Shown in pieces: positions 47,401 through 57,300 of a DNA stretch of 64,000 nt. Source of the DNA: an uncultured archaeon (GTDB lineage: Archaea > Iainarchaeota > Iainarchaeia > Iainarchaeales > 1-14-0-10-31-34); contig CAYTYC010000004.1 of the NCBI GenBank assembly GCA_964442255.1, positions 1,416 to 65,415 on the forward strand, in the 5' to 3' direction. Made by a program: the position numbers and the translations under genes. Below the pieces are notes generated by a model. It did no database searches. It had not been told where the DNA came from and was given only the letters and a program-made list of their open reading frames with translations. Position 1 is the stretch's first letter, and each line of letters starts with the position of its first letter.

Positions 47401-49336
47401 GGTGCACGCCCGCTTCATTGAACCCCGAGCCCTTTGGAACCCTTAACTCGAGTTTTGCGGTGTATTTTCCCCCGGCATCCAGGAAATCCTCAGCCTGCAG
47501 GTTGCCTAACCACAATCCTTTCCACACGGCCTCAAACCTTTCAACCGCGCCGCTTAAAATTATTTCCTTTTCCATTACCGCGTCGTCCACCGCCTTGAAG
47601 GGCAGTGTCCTGTATGTTACGTATTCGTCTCCGCCAACCAAAAGGTAAACCGTTTTGTCCGCCCTTATGGAAGTGATTTCCTTTTTTCCGGTGGAGTCTG
47701 TCACTCCCCTCAAATTTGACAGTTCTTCGTCCGTGGAAGCGTCAAACACTTTTACTGTGACTCCCTGCAGCGCTGTTCCGGACTCGTTTTTCACGTTCAC
47801 TCTCACTGTTCCGCGGCCGATGCTTAACTGCAGAGTAACCTGTTTTACTTCCCTTTCCCTGAGGCTTACTTCTTTGTTGTTTCCCTGAAAGCCGGGTTTT
47901 TCCGCGTACACGATGTATGCGCCCGGCTGCACGCCCTCAAACCTGGCTGTTCCGTCAAAGCCTGTTGTAAGGACTTCCCCGACCAACGCGAATTCGTCCG
48001 CGGTTTTAAGCATTACCTTCACGTTTTCAACGGCTTCACCCTCTTCGTCCACCACCTTGGCCTCGATTGCCTGCTTAACCCCTTCCGGAACCGGCGTCAG
48101 TTCAACTGTAACTTCATCGTATACTTTTAGCCCGGCCAGGGTTTCCTTGTAGTAGCCGATTGCGTCAATGCTTGCATTGAATTCCTTGTCGTCCGCAACC
48201 GGAAATTCAACGGATCCCAAGGAATTAGTGTAGCGTTCGGTGAATATTCCGTCCCCGCTTTCAAATATTACTTCCGCCCTTTCAATTGCTTTCCCTGTTT
48301 CGGCGTCCAGAACCCTTACAGTTATTTCGCCGTTTACTCCTGCCCCAAGCATTATTTTCGGGAAGTGCTGGTAAAGGTTTCCGACAACTATTTCAACGTA
48401 TTCCTGTCCTTCTTTTTCGGAGTTAAAGCTTGCGTAATCCTTTGCGTTGTACGCGAAAACCCAGTAGGTTCCCTGGGAAATGCCTTCAATGAAGCAGCCT
48501 CCGCTGTAGTCTGTTTCGCAGAACCCCACGGAAATGCTTCCCCCCCTTTTCCTCAGGTTAACCGTTATTCCTTCCAATGGGCTGTCGTTTTCGTCCACAA
48601 CGTAAAAGTCAATGCTTCCTTTTTCTTCCCGGATTTCTTCTTTCAGGTAAATTGCCGGATTTGAGTCCTCCAATCCATAAGAGCAGGTGCCTTCGCATTC
48701 AAAGCCCGCCGGCTTTGCTGTAATCTTTCCGCAGTCTTCGGGCACGTCTTCCAAAGTCATCTGCCCGTTTGTCGTGGAAAGCCTTTCAAAAAACCCTTCG
48801 TTTTGCGAGCACGAGAATTCCGCGGCAATATAGCCTGTGTAAAGGGTCTGCGTGTTTCCCTTGTAGACCCTGAAAACAATTGTTTTCAGGCCCACTGCCT
48901 TCAATTCCACCAGTGTTTCCGTTTCGCTTAACGTGACTGTTTTTTCGGAGTAGCCTGTTGCGCTTACCGTGGCTTTTGCCTGTTTTCCTGCTTCGGCTTC
49001 AAATTTGATTGTTCCTTCCGCGTTTGTTGCGCCGGATTCCTTCATTTTGCCTTCAACGTATAGCGTGACCTTTGCGCCGGAAACAGGGTCAGCGCTTTCG
49101 TCCACAACTTTTATGAGATAGCTTGCGTTGAATCCCGGCAAACCGAATCCGAAGAAAAGGAAATATATTCCCATTGCAATGAGAACCCACATTAAAATGA
49201 ATAAAGGAAAGCTTGGAATGTTGCGGGACTCAAAAACGTCTATGAGCTTGAATACAGGGATTCCTTTCTTGTCCAATGCATCCATTAATCCGTAGTATTT
49301 GTCTTCCAGCCCGCGGTAAAAGTCCTTCAAGCCCAT
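41474..49336 (-). CDS. Giant membrane-anchored surface protein paralog 3 (2620 aa) with Tyr/Asn/Gly-rich insert
   Basis: Same N-terminus, repeats and GVHLRTG, HYRAWG, FCDGAQ motifs. Confidence 0.9.
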   Translation of the reverse strand: MGLKDFYRGLEDKYYGLMDALDKKGIPVFKLIDVFESRNIPSFPLFILMWVLIAMGIYFLFFGFGLPGFNASYLIKVVDESADPVSGAKVTLYVEGKMKESGATNAEGTIKFEAEAGKQAKATVSATGYSEKTVTLSETETLVELKAVGLKTIVFRVYKGNTQTLYTGYIAAEFSCSQNEGFFERLSTTNGQMTLEDVPEDCGKITAKPAGFECEGTCSYGLEDSNPAIYLKEEIREEKGSIDFYVVDENDSPLEGITVNLRKRGGSISVGFCETDYSGGCFIEGISQGTYWVFAYNAKDYASFNSEKEGQEYVEIVVGNLYQHFPKIMLGAGVNGEITVRVLDAETGKAIERAEVIFESGDGIFTERYTNSLGSVEFPVADDKEFNASIDAIGYYKETLAGLKVYDEVTVELTPVPEGVKQAIEAKVVDEEGEAVENVKVMLKTADEFALVGEVLTTGFDGTARFEGVQPGAYIVYAEKPGFQGNNKEVSLREREVKQVTLQLSIGRGTVRVNVKNESGTALQGVTVKVFDASTDEELSNLRGVTDSTGKKEITSIRADKTVYLLVGGDEYVTYRTLPFKAVDDAVMEKEIILSGAVERFEAVWKGLWLGNLQAEDFLDAGGKYTAKLELRVPKGSGFNEAGVHLRTGKSADNTNNIIEKDSLHIKSATASDAVILKGTSYNPPKGHAVDSQHTTSGSAKWANIKWMDVDEGIMEIEAEIQVRDAARSGEKLEIHYRAWGERESVLRFPSDSVLGASKENSEKQALYARVKTEVYTLGPSNLCGKSFCSSFTMANIETGSETTVVESYPAEISGNYRLKFSLTSVGEEYSPDAKLEIKSENEGLKFGEYEVIDVTSAKSAGNADRFELTAPMGNISKGDTVQGWVNFKTMKEGTNNLNFQIVASGAGGENRVFSKNFRVKVEAVKEMELEMLPLMVVPFIKNNVILRFTDSGGKGIPGVRVDIKVNGEMAYSGVSDSEGVYTLTLERLEPGAELTIKAEKNGYKTVEQTVKLEPNVLSFTPEEITESLSVVEDFEVQRDVVVRSLTDLPLTIEAIEFSGDFTDYLRFRLLEQYVGAEIVKGLDYSIAFGLSLSPKGKALNEVRTVKGKILAYLANQETEKSFSIEVPIEVFIGLGGEVDDLECLVLTKEKWNILTGKETVGQSIVLINNCSVDGKSIALKNLQAKVLWNENPVGEFSVDADIQGSRRVDLTSKFRGLSESLPTNSETSLAFTFDPDVLKSAKGTARLIVQATNPTEQGLQEIKAEIEAEVSINDILECMEIRAIGSQRLEFGPYNLGYGMHQNYFGYNPLSTGAYYQNPNSYNNFYRLSNMDNPDWYSSSYYANTSIGSAGRSSDILYNNWNQLSFPYGGYQQPFYGGGYMDPAYSGLHGYGMANQGKFKAINNCGATVDIEVDSENLMVSPDSGTLEPKEETEFTVQPAYFFGEYPVHIRAGLAASEETKKDIDTLLYLVQSEYIRDYSDCITLNRRTFQFNSLFPKPQQGIITNTCFNQGVILKRDRPIKVEGLSFFESNLSDRGYREGAGVSAAGRTPTTIQEYLIADNVIIDEPPRTKIGPNGQATEEMVFSLIKVQDPTQYQKSVEKSIKDNVDPIGKLLRFRWELSDLYYRAWTPSMLKVYFTNRYGFEDYVPFRITVEDLWELASGLSGRVYYGNPDVSPEECIRNRFEFELGFTIDEYYFDGGTFKWKPSPPVLITERDAEKCGQQDRLRIWGQKAFEKDNIRVSFEEVDGGKNIELMVKKLGKTKGDMVGFEGSLHVKVIRPNPARVADVIMPFKVNVKGDGEGPGEWEDKTQDCYERVLDEANKRLDEIEGKADEIMKKLKECELPEEEKEKVRETVEEELGGLTPEERQAKIELLKQELREKIAGCEKEGAETGSGVITKYGFDRLLFEWDYGDLETLGKNICDSSVNENAMFCDGAQYAVSLDQKAKTIKEFTEKVENNDCIEDEWSETKVCEKNSNNLYRFAAAQKAITDDDPEGGRTQLAFFLDGETGRILRQPKPLRPSELEGVLDTEFAEAVLATAGDMPEEADATVERASRLLSEMKSAPAVDHLDIVAEVNTKGFTGDEIKTLKDLGAEQITGKYYVLTFNEFKAMHDRLENAMEDDRAACADWRSTPTTTYPPSGCCDALKENATVCRIAIIVEDDGKIAKAIDTPIAAQFLQKLYKGTSFKLGTRNKDFGEKEEEMKNEIIKKGKKVSGITTDEIDRLYNENITVNSYLMHEAYTKSLFGDFASTYKNIGGLGAPDTTLNGKNVEKLPPKEINAGEYKVNVNYLWGKAEEDKRKFEITFERLNLLKDIEGMEEYVKNFLFEMPFDGKVDGRFSSTPASSILPVTIYDYGVFTDNADSGAPEVELMDGAPLKTGVGGVMHFRVEFPQSLEETKTGTLLRIEKYGGTGGSGLIKYTPSNPVNIKAELEGGEKGKGFYYEITDISGHKVGEELEPMVEWLSAEGQFEDRIRNMAELCAGATEERHSVVISTEKSTGTTGLLALAFVPMKGQLKFSVLCSQGRAEASIVDFFNKNPREITHPGGTQPKEAVLSNANLSGETIKAMIDRIKNELVCFEPLDVRDGYATGLELSWNKEKVSTELKALLAKLEASK

Positions 49337-49348
49337 GCAATTCCTTCT

Positions 49349-49358
49349 GCAGAGTGAA
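49349..49358 (-). promoter_or_regulatory. TTCACTCTGC motif upstream of paralog 3
   Basis: Matches 41303-41312. Confidence 0.55.
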
Positions 49359-49443
49359 CCAATTAATTATTATGTAATGGTTTCTTTATTTATATATCTT
49401 TTTGTTGCCTTCCATTAATATTTCTTTTCTTTTTAAATGGGGT

Positions 49444-51318
49444 TTAATTTGGGTTTTCGTTGGGTGAACAGCCTCCCGGGCCCATATCTCCTATGTTTGC
49501 AGTTTCAAATAGGGAATAACAGGTCCACCCTTGGTTCGCATTGCATGCGGCTGTCGGGTTGTCTTTTGCGTCTTTGTCTAATGCGCAGGTGCCTGTATCC
49601 ACCCTTGCATAATAGTTTGGGTTGAATGGCTCAAATGTGTCCTTAAGCCTTATGTTGTATGCTACCCCTGTTTCGGCTTTATTTTTGTTGACAATATATT
49701 TTGGGTTTTTTTCCACAAACCTGAGGTTAACGGTTATCCTGTCCAGCTCTTCGCAGAATGCCTTCGGCTGATTTGTGAACCCTGTGCACTTAAATTCCGT
49801 TATATTTGGGTGGGTTATTTTGTCGTCTTCAGTGAGGAAAACCCCGACATCCTTATTGTAGGGGGTCATCGGACAGCCTGCATTTGTTTTGCCGTAGGGG
49901 TAATTTATGTTAAGGTAGTTTCCTTGCGTGGAGGGGGCCTGGGCTAAACTTATTTCAGAAGTGCTGACACTGTTTCCAGCCTGCTTAATTACTTTTGAGG
50001 GGGTTTGGTCAGTGGAAATGCTTATGCCGTAAAGAGGGCAGTTTTCCAGATATTCGTTCACGCCTGCTGCAAGTATGTCCCCCCCATTTATTTCCGTTCC
50101 GTTTCTTCCAATTAAAATATATCCGTCATCCTTGTCCGCGTTAAGGTATTCTCCCGTGTTATAATTTTCCACCGCAAGGTTGCAAAGCCTTCGCACAACC
50201 ATTTGTTTGATTGCATCCTCGGTAAGCATTGTGTCTGGCTCAAGGTTTCCTTGCACTTGGCTGAAAGACGCCTTGTCGCCTGGAAAGTAATAAAGGAAAA
50301 AATTCCCCACAATATCGCACATTCCAAGCGCTTTTAGTTCCTGGGTGCATGTTATGCCTGCTTGCATTATCTCTTCTGAGGGCGTGGTGGCAAACCTTTG
50401 GTCTCCCGGGCAGTATGCTCCGCTGCCTATTTCCTTTTCACTTGAGCTCAGGTAAGGGTGTTCGCGCCACCTGCAGCTGTCTATATCGCACAAGCCTAAA
50501 CGCATTTCCTCAAGTTCATTGTGAATGCGCGGGGAAAAAATTCCGTAGTTTTGTTTCCAAAGCGTGCCGGTTTCCCTGTTGTGCTCTATTGCCAGCGCCC
50601 TTGCCTCCGCAAACGCCTTGAATATTCTTACAGGCACGTAGATGCGCAGGTTTGTTCTCGGCATTATCGGCTCTTCTATCACCCGGTTTGTGCGAGTGTT
50701 TGTTACCTTTATTTTTGGGAACGCGTAATAGTCTTCAGCGCTCAGGTTTCTGGGATTCAGGTTAATGTAAAAGGTCCCAATGCATTTTTTGGGGTCGCCG
50801 TCTTCGCATCCCACGACCTCAATGAAGCTTTCTTTTGATTTGAGCATTTTATTCAATACTTCTTGAACTTTTCCCCTTTCCGCCTGGGTTGTTCCGGTAA
50901 GCTCTATCTGGAAAACCCCCACCTGCCTTTTGTACTGGTATCCTTTCACCAGCTCTTGGCTGAGAAAATATGTTAACGCCTGGGTGCTTTCATCTTTTTC
51001 GTTTTTCAGGCCAAAAAAAAAGGTTCTCGTGAACTGTTCCACCAATTCATCCCATGTGAGTTCCTGGAACGCAAAGCTTGCCCCGTTTGTGCTGAGCCAG
51101 TCCTCTATTTCAAACCTGACCTGGTAGTTGAAGAGCTGGATTGCGTCCGCCCTTGTCAAGTCCACGATTGCCTGCATTTCGCTTTGCTCTTCAATGTCTG
51201 AAATCAGCGCAAGCTTGTCTGCCTCCGCTTTCACCATGCTTTGCACAACGACAACACTCAAAACAATCAGCACAAAAGCCACCAATGCGGTGAACAAGGT
51301 GAAGGCTTTTTCTTTCAT
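49444..51318 (-). CDS. Large pilin-like protein with class III signal peptide (624 aa, Cys-rich)
   Basis: MKEKA|FTLFTALVAFVLIVLSVVVV: basic leader, A|F cleavage site, hydrophobic helix. Confidence 0.7.
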   Translation of the reverse strand: MKEKAFTLFTALVAFVLIVLSVVVVQSMVKAEADKLALISDIEEQSEMQAIVDLTRADAIQLFNYQVRFEIEDWLSTNGASFAFQELTWDELVEQFTRTFFFGLKNEKDESTQALTYFLSQELVKGYQYKRQVGVFQIELTGTTQAERGKVQEVLNKMLKSKESFIEVVGCEDGDPKKCIGTFYINLNPRNLSAEDYYAFPKIKVTNTRTNRVIEEPIMPRTNLRIYVPVRIFKAFAEARALAIEHNRETGTLWKQNYGIFSPRIHNELEEMRLGLCDIDSCRWREHPYLSSSEKEIGSGAYCPGDQRFATTPSEEIMQAGITCTQELKALGMCDIVGNFFLYYFPGDKASFSQVQGNLEPDTMLTEDAIKQMVVRRLCNLAVENYNTGEYLNADKDDGYILIGRNGTEINGGDILAAGVNEYLENCPLYGISISTDQTPSKVIKQAGNSVSTSEISLAQAPSTQGNYLNINYPYGKTNAGCPMTPYNKDVGVFLTEDDKITHPNITEFKCTGFTNQPKAFCEELDRITVNLRFVEKNPKYIVNKNKAETGVAYNIRLKDTFEPFNPNYYARVDTGTCALDKDAKDNPTAACNANQGWTCYSLFETANIGDMGPGGCSPNENPN

Positions 51319-51333
51319 CAGCTAAAACCTTTC

Positions 51334-54300
51334 CTAAGAGACTGCGCCTTCAATTGATTTGCCCTCGTTTTTGGCAATGCTGCCCATTTTGCTTAACACT
51401 GTTGTGGAGTATTCTATTGCGGCGTTTTTGATGATTTTGCATTTTTCTATTGCCCCTGTGCCCCCGTGGTATGCCCCTATCGCCAATGCAAGGGGGTCGT
51501 CGCAGCCCTTTATGTCATCTTGCTGCAGCAGGTGCTTCACAATATCTGTTCCGACTTCAATGTTTACGGTCTCATCAAACCACAATTCTTTTGGAATTGC
51601 CTTGCCTTTTCCTTTGTAGTTTACCCTTGCAGGAAATGTCTTAACTCCCGGAACTTCAATTATCATTGTGCCTGTGTCACGGTAGCCGTAAGTGTCTTCC
51701 CCGTCTTTTGCGTACTTTTTGACTGAAGGCAGGCTTGTGTCGTTGAACCAGTAAGGCATTATCTGCATTAACCCCGTTGCCCCTGTTTCCGTGTTTACCG
51801 CAAACCTGTTTCCGCTGCTTTCGGTTTCAATAATGCTTTTAATCAAGTCCTCGCTTACTCCCGCGGCCTTTGACGCGCTTTTGGTTTTCGCATCCTGGCT
51901 TGAGGTTGTCCTGTTTATTTCCATTTCCTTTGCTTCAAATTCGTTCCCGCACTTGTCCAGCCTGTTGCTTGTGCTTTGGATTTCGTCACTGCTTGTCACC
52001 AGCCAGAACTGCAGGCACTTGTCTTTTCCTTCCAGATGCCTTACCCCGTAAGTGAAGTTTTTCTGGAACTCGAATTCTTTGGCTGTAAGCTCAACCGGCA
52101 CTCCGTTTATGGTTTGCAGCCCGGTTGGTTCGCAGTATCCTCCCGGGCTTTGCACTCCTTCCGCGCCCCAATACCATTTGAATGCCTCGTATCCCGCGGC
52201 TTCTCCCGCCGCCAGGCACCCGAATCCGCGGATGAATCTTGAAAGGTTTGGGTGGTTTGCCCAGAGCCTTCTCCACCTGCTCACTTCCGCGGCTTCTCCC
52301 CGCACAATCCATTTCTTGCTTTTTCCGACCTTTTTTGCTACGTCTTCAAGCCCGTCTGCCGCTGTTGTGTAGTTCCTGTTTCCAACCTGGTCCGTGACTG
52401 TTTTCATGGACTTCCTGATGCTTTTTTCCCCGTCCATGTTTGTGTGGTCCAAAATTTCCTTGAGCTCGCTTGCCTCCCTGTTCAGGTTGCTTATCACCGC
52501 GTTCCTTGCGTCATCCACTGCAACCGTTCCAACCAAGTCCCCTTCCTTCAGCAAGCCTTTTTTTACCAGGTCGTCTACAACCCCTTGGTGGGCTCTTGAA
52601 GCGTTTTTAAGCCTTCCCGCTTCGTCCACCAGGTTGTCGTACTGGGTTTGCATTTGGGGGCTGATTGCCTGCCTCCCCCTCCCTTGGGTTAAGTTATCCA
52701 TCTGTGTTTTTAGGGCTGCTTCCTGTTTTTCAAGGGATTCAAGGCCTATTCCTGTGTTGTCAATCAGGGTGAATTTTCCCCCCGCATCCGCTGTTATATT
52801 CATGTACTGTCTTCCGGTTACCGGGTCGGTGAAACCGCCAAGCTTGGCGTTAATCCCTGACGCCACTTTTGCCCCGCCCTGCAGGCTTTCAAGCCTGCCT
52901 TTGATTGCGTCTTTGGCAAACTCTGACGGCGCCAGAACCTGGTCAACGCCAGGGCGAATTGTTTTCCATGCCTGCCTTGTGCCCCCTGTGGCCAGGCTGG
53001 TTGAAACCATGTCTTCAATGATTTCTTTTCCCGTGTCATCCAAATTTCCCACCAAAAAGTCAGGCAGCCAGGAGTTCCCTCCCTCGGCTTTAACCGCTTC
53101 ATCAAGTATGAGCTTTTCCTCCCCTTTAACGAAGTTAACCAAATCCTTTATCTTGCCCCACGTGAAGTCCACGATTTTGTCAAAGCTCAAGTCAACGTTC
53201 AAGTATTCTTTAATCAGGCCTACCGCTACAGGCGGCCCGCAGGTGAGCAGCAGGCAGTCCACAACCGCGCCCGGAATAAACCCCAGCTTTGTAATTACGG
53301 CGCACCCTCCGCAGCCCACAAAGCATCCTGCACCCCATGCGGCTATGGACGTCACCCTTTTGCTGCTCTCCGCCTTAATGAGTTCGCTTTTCGGGTCAGT
53401 TAATTTGTTTTTCCTTAACTGCGAGTACACGTCAGCCAAGTTTACCTTGTCGTCCCCGCCGTCCCACACAAGTGTCGCGTAATAAGGCTCTTCTCCCACA
53501 GGAGTCTTGTATGCTTCCTCCAAAAACTCTAATGGAGTCAAACCGCACAGCATTAAGTCTATTTCCCTGAATTCTTCCATTGAATAAGGTCCATGCAGGT
53601 CCTCTGCCTTCAATTTAATGCTTTTTTCGGTTGCCTCCTGGAAGTCCGCCCCTCCCCTGATGCACAACTGGAAGTGATAATAGTAGCGCTTGCTTGCCTT
53701 GTCAAACTTTGCCAAATTAACCGTAAAATCGCGGTCTGTTTCAGTCAGCCTGAATGCAGGCTTTTCGCCTTTCCTTTCATATTCCCAGACAATTTTTTCC
53801 CCTGTTTTGGCTTCCTCGCCTTCCTTCGGCGCCTCTGTTTTTTCCGCAGTTTTTGCAGTTGTCTTAACCTGTTTTGCGCTTGCATCCCACACTTCAATGT
53901 ACTCCAGCCCAGGAATTTTCGCGCTGTCTTCATCAAACACCAAGTCAAATTCCCCTGAGGAAAGGTTTGACAGCACTCCATTAACGCAGGTTTCCTGCAT
54001 TGAAACCTGCATGCTTCCCGGAACCTCCAAACGCGGAACAAATTCTTCAACCCTTTCTGCGCTGCTTACAACAAAAAAGCTTTCATCCCTTGAAATGCAC
54101 GCATCACCCAGCTTTGAATTCCATAGGTTTCCCAGAATTCTTGCGGTTTCCTCTATCAGCTTGTCTTCCCCGCCTTCAACGCTTTCCGAGGCTTCAACTG
54201 ATTTCCTGCTTACCGTGACATACACTTTTTTCGGGTTTTCAGCCGAAAAACCCGGCTTCACTTCAATCTTCATCAGCCCGTTGAAGGGCACTTCCCCCAA

Positions 54301-57300
54301 CTCCAGTTCAACCGTGTTTCTGCTTCCCCCCCCGCCGAGCCGGCCCTCGCTTTTTCCGAAAAGCTTTTCCGCAAACTTTTCCTCAAATTTTTTGGTTGAA
54401 GAATCTTTTCCGTCAACCATTGTCAGCCAGCTTTCGTATGCGGACTCTGAATTGTATTTTTTGTCCAAAGGCAAAAAGTTCGGGGCATTCTGCGCAACGC
54501 TCTTGCATTCAGGGGTTTCATCGGCGTCAACCAGCCTGAACACGACAACAATTGATTCGGTGTCCAGCCTGTCTCCTTCAACCCCCACCGCGCCTGTTGT
54601 CGTCAGCTTGTATCTTCCGCATCCCGCCAAATCCCCGGGAATGTAAATCCTGCTCAAAAGCCCGATTCCTGCAACCCCAAAATCGCCTTCCCCGTACCTT
54701 ACATCAAAGTTTTCAAACTCGCTTGACTTTAAATCGTCGATTTCTTTTTTCAGCATTTCCCTGCTCAAATTGTCGTGCGAAAGGAAAACCTCCAGGCTGT
54801 CTGCCTGAATGTTCATTGACTCAAACGTGCAGTAGCCCTGCCTTGGGTCGCAGCCCTGAACATTTAATGTGGTGTTTGCGAGTTCGGTTACCCTTCTCTT
54901 TGCCTGCACTATCTTGTCTTTTGCCTTCTTTGCGATGTAACCCGCCATTCCCTGCGCGTCACAGTATCCTTCATGGCAGTCTGTTGAAAGCTTGGGGAAG
55001 CTTATTTTTTTTGTTTCAGAGTCCCGGTCCTCGCATATTGGCACCTCTATTTCAGGCATTGCCCTGCATTTTCCGCCGGAACAGCTTGTCGCGCTTTCCC
55101 CCACCTTCAATGAAATGTTCACGGGCTCTGATTTAATGAGTTCGCGTGTCACCTGCCCTACTCCCAGAACGGAAACAGGCCTGCTTACGTCAATGCTTTC
55201 TGAAGGGTAAACAGTTAATTCGAAATCGTCCCTGCCTGTCTGGGGCGGCAGCACTTCCCCGTCCGGGTAAATTTCAATGTAATTGTTTCCAATGTACTTG
55301 GGCTCCATTTCCCCTATCACAACGGGTTCCTGGCAAAAGTTTTTGATGCTAACAAAGCGGGTGATTGCCTCAAACGACTTTTTTGTGTCTGTCTCAAAAT
55401 TCAATGGCTCCCCGGGAAGGGTTTGAAGGGAGAGGCAGTGCCAGTCCGACACATGGAAGTAAACCGGAACGCTCCAAAGGTTTGTGTAGTGCCTGCCCTC
55501 AATGTTTCCGTTTATAACAAGGTTTCCGAGATGGGTTGAGCTTTTTTCAGTGTTTGCTGTTGCCACAACGTATGCGGGGGGAATGGATTGCCCTTTTTTC
55601 AGCAAAGGAAACTCGTTCCTTGGCTCTATTTTGACGTCCACTCCCGGAATGTGCTGCTCCAATGCCATTGTAATCTCTGAAACATCCGCGTTTCCGCGGT
55701 TTGAAATGAACAGCATTGCCCTGCCTATCCCTGTTTTTTGCCTTTGGCTTTGAGTAATCCATATGTGCAGGTTGTCGGGCACAAACAACGCAATCTTTGG
55801 GTTCCATAAAATGATTTTCAGGGGAATGCTTTTACTTATCTGCGGGCTTTTAAAGAACACATCATAGTTGTACTGCTGCTGGAGGTCAAACATCGTGGGG
55901 AAAGTGCTCACCAGCTCCAAACTGTACTGGTGGGGTTTTCCGTCCGCCTCCAAACGGAAGGTTCCAGCGTAAACCTCAACCCCCGGCGCCTCTTTTCCTT
56001 TTGGAAGGGCTTCCGGGGAAAAATTCAATGGAACCCCGCAATTGTTTTTCATCAGGATGTCCAAAGTTTTCCGGTTTCCCTCCGCCCCGACCAGGTAAGC
56101 CTGGAGTTCGCTTGAGTCAAACTCCAAACAGCTTTCCTTGAGCCTTTGATTGTAGTTAACCTTTACCCTTGTTTTTGCGGCTACAACGTATTCCCCGTTC
56201 ACGAGCCCCGTGAATTCAACGTCTGCCTCGCCGTGCACTATTTTTTCCTCGTTTCCCGTGTATTCCGCGGTGAACCCAATTTTTCCTGTTTCCCTTGGGC
56301 CTAATTCCGCCGGGGGAAGCGCGCTTAAAATGAGTTCATCCGGCCAGTTTTTCGCGGGAACCACTTCAGCCGCAATCCCGCTCACCGGAAGGGTTAAGGT
56401 GTTCCTTATTGTTTCCTCAATTCTCACAACCTTTTCCCCGAAAGGCATGTTCAACAAAATTTTTTCCTCAATCTTTAATCCTTCTTTTGCCCCGACCATG
56501 AACCCTTTTTCCACGGGCCTGAATCCCGGTGCCTCAATTCTTGCGGCGTATTTTCCGGGTTCCAGTGAATTCTTGAACCTGTACACCCCGTCCCTTCCGT
56601 TTCCGGTTGAGCCGTCCCCAAGCATTTCCGCAGCGGTTTCCCCGTCAGCCGAAATTATCCGGATTTTCGCGTTTTCCACCGGCCTTCCAAGGGAATCCTT
56701 AAGCGTTATTTTGATTTCTTCTCCCGCATTCACGAAATCCTCCAGCTCAATGTCCAGTTCCGCTTCCCTGAACACAGCGAAAAACAATTCATCTTCAATG
56801 CCTTCGTTTCCTAATTTGGCTTCGCTTCTGATGAAGGCCTCCCCTTCCTTTATTCCCTTGAAATAGAATCTCGCGGTTTTAGGGGTTCCCCGTGAAAGCG
56901 AAATGTTGTTTGCGGTGAGCGCCTGCAAAGGGTTTTCGTTGTCCGCAAAATTGGATGCGCCTGAAAGGCTGTAGGAAGTGAAAACAACTTTTGGCACGGA
57001 GTCAGATGTTGAAACCCTCAAATTGACTGAAAGGTTTTCCGCTGCCACCATTTCCGCTTCAAGCGCGTACACTTCGCCCAAGCCCGCGGAAAACTCTTTT
57101 TCCCCGAACCTTCCGCCTTCTTTTGTCAAAAACATGTGGGTTATGCACAGTTTTTCCTTGCACAACGGCTCGGACTCAAACACGCTTACTTTTTCTGAAA
57201 TTGTTTCCGCATACAACGCGGATTTTTCCCTGCTTACTTTTTCGCTTCCCAGCACCTGGTCTTCGGGAGTCCGGGCAGTTAGGCCGTTGAATTCCGCCCA

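Noticed and set aside
52394..54646. Long plus-strand ORFs (362 aa, 318 aa) and similar antisense ORFs across 26.5-59 kb
   Set aside because: Ser/Phe/Pro-rich shadow frames antisense to the giant genes, with no recognisable motifs.
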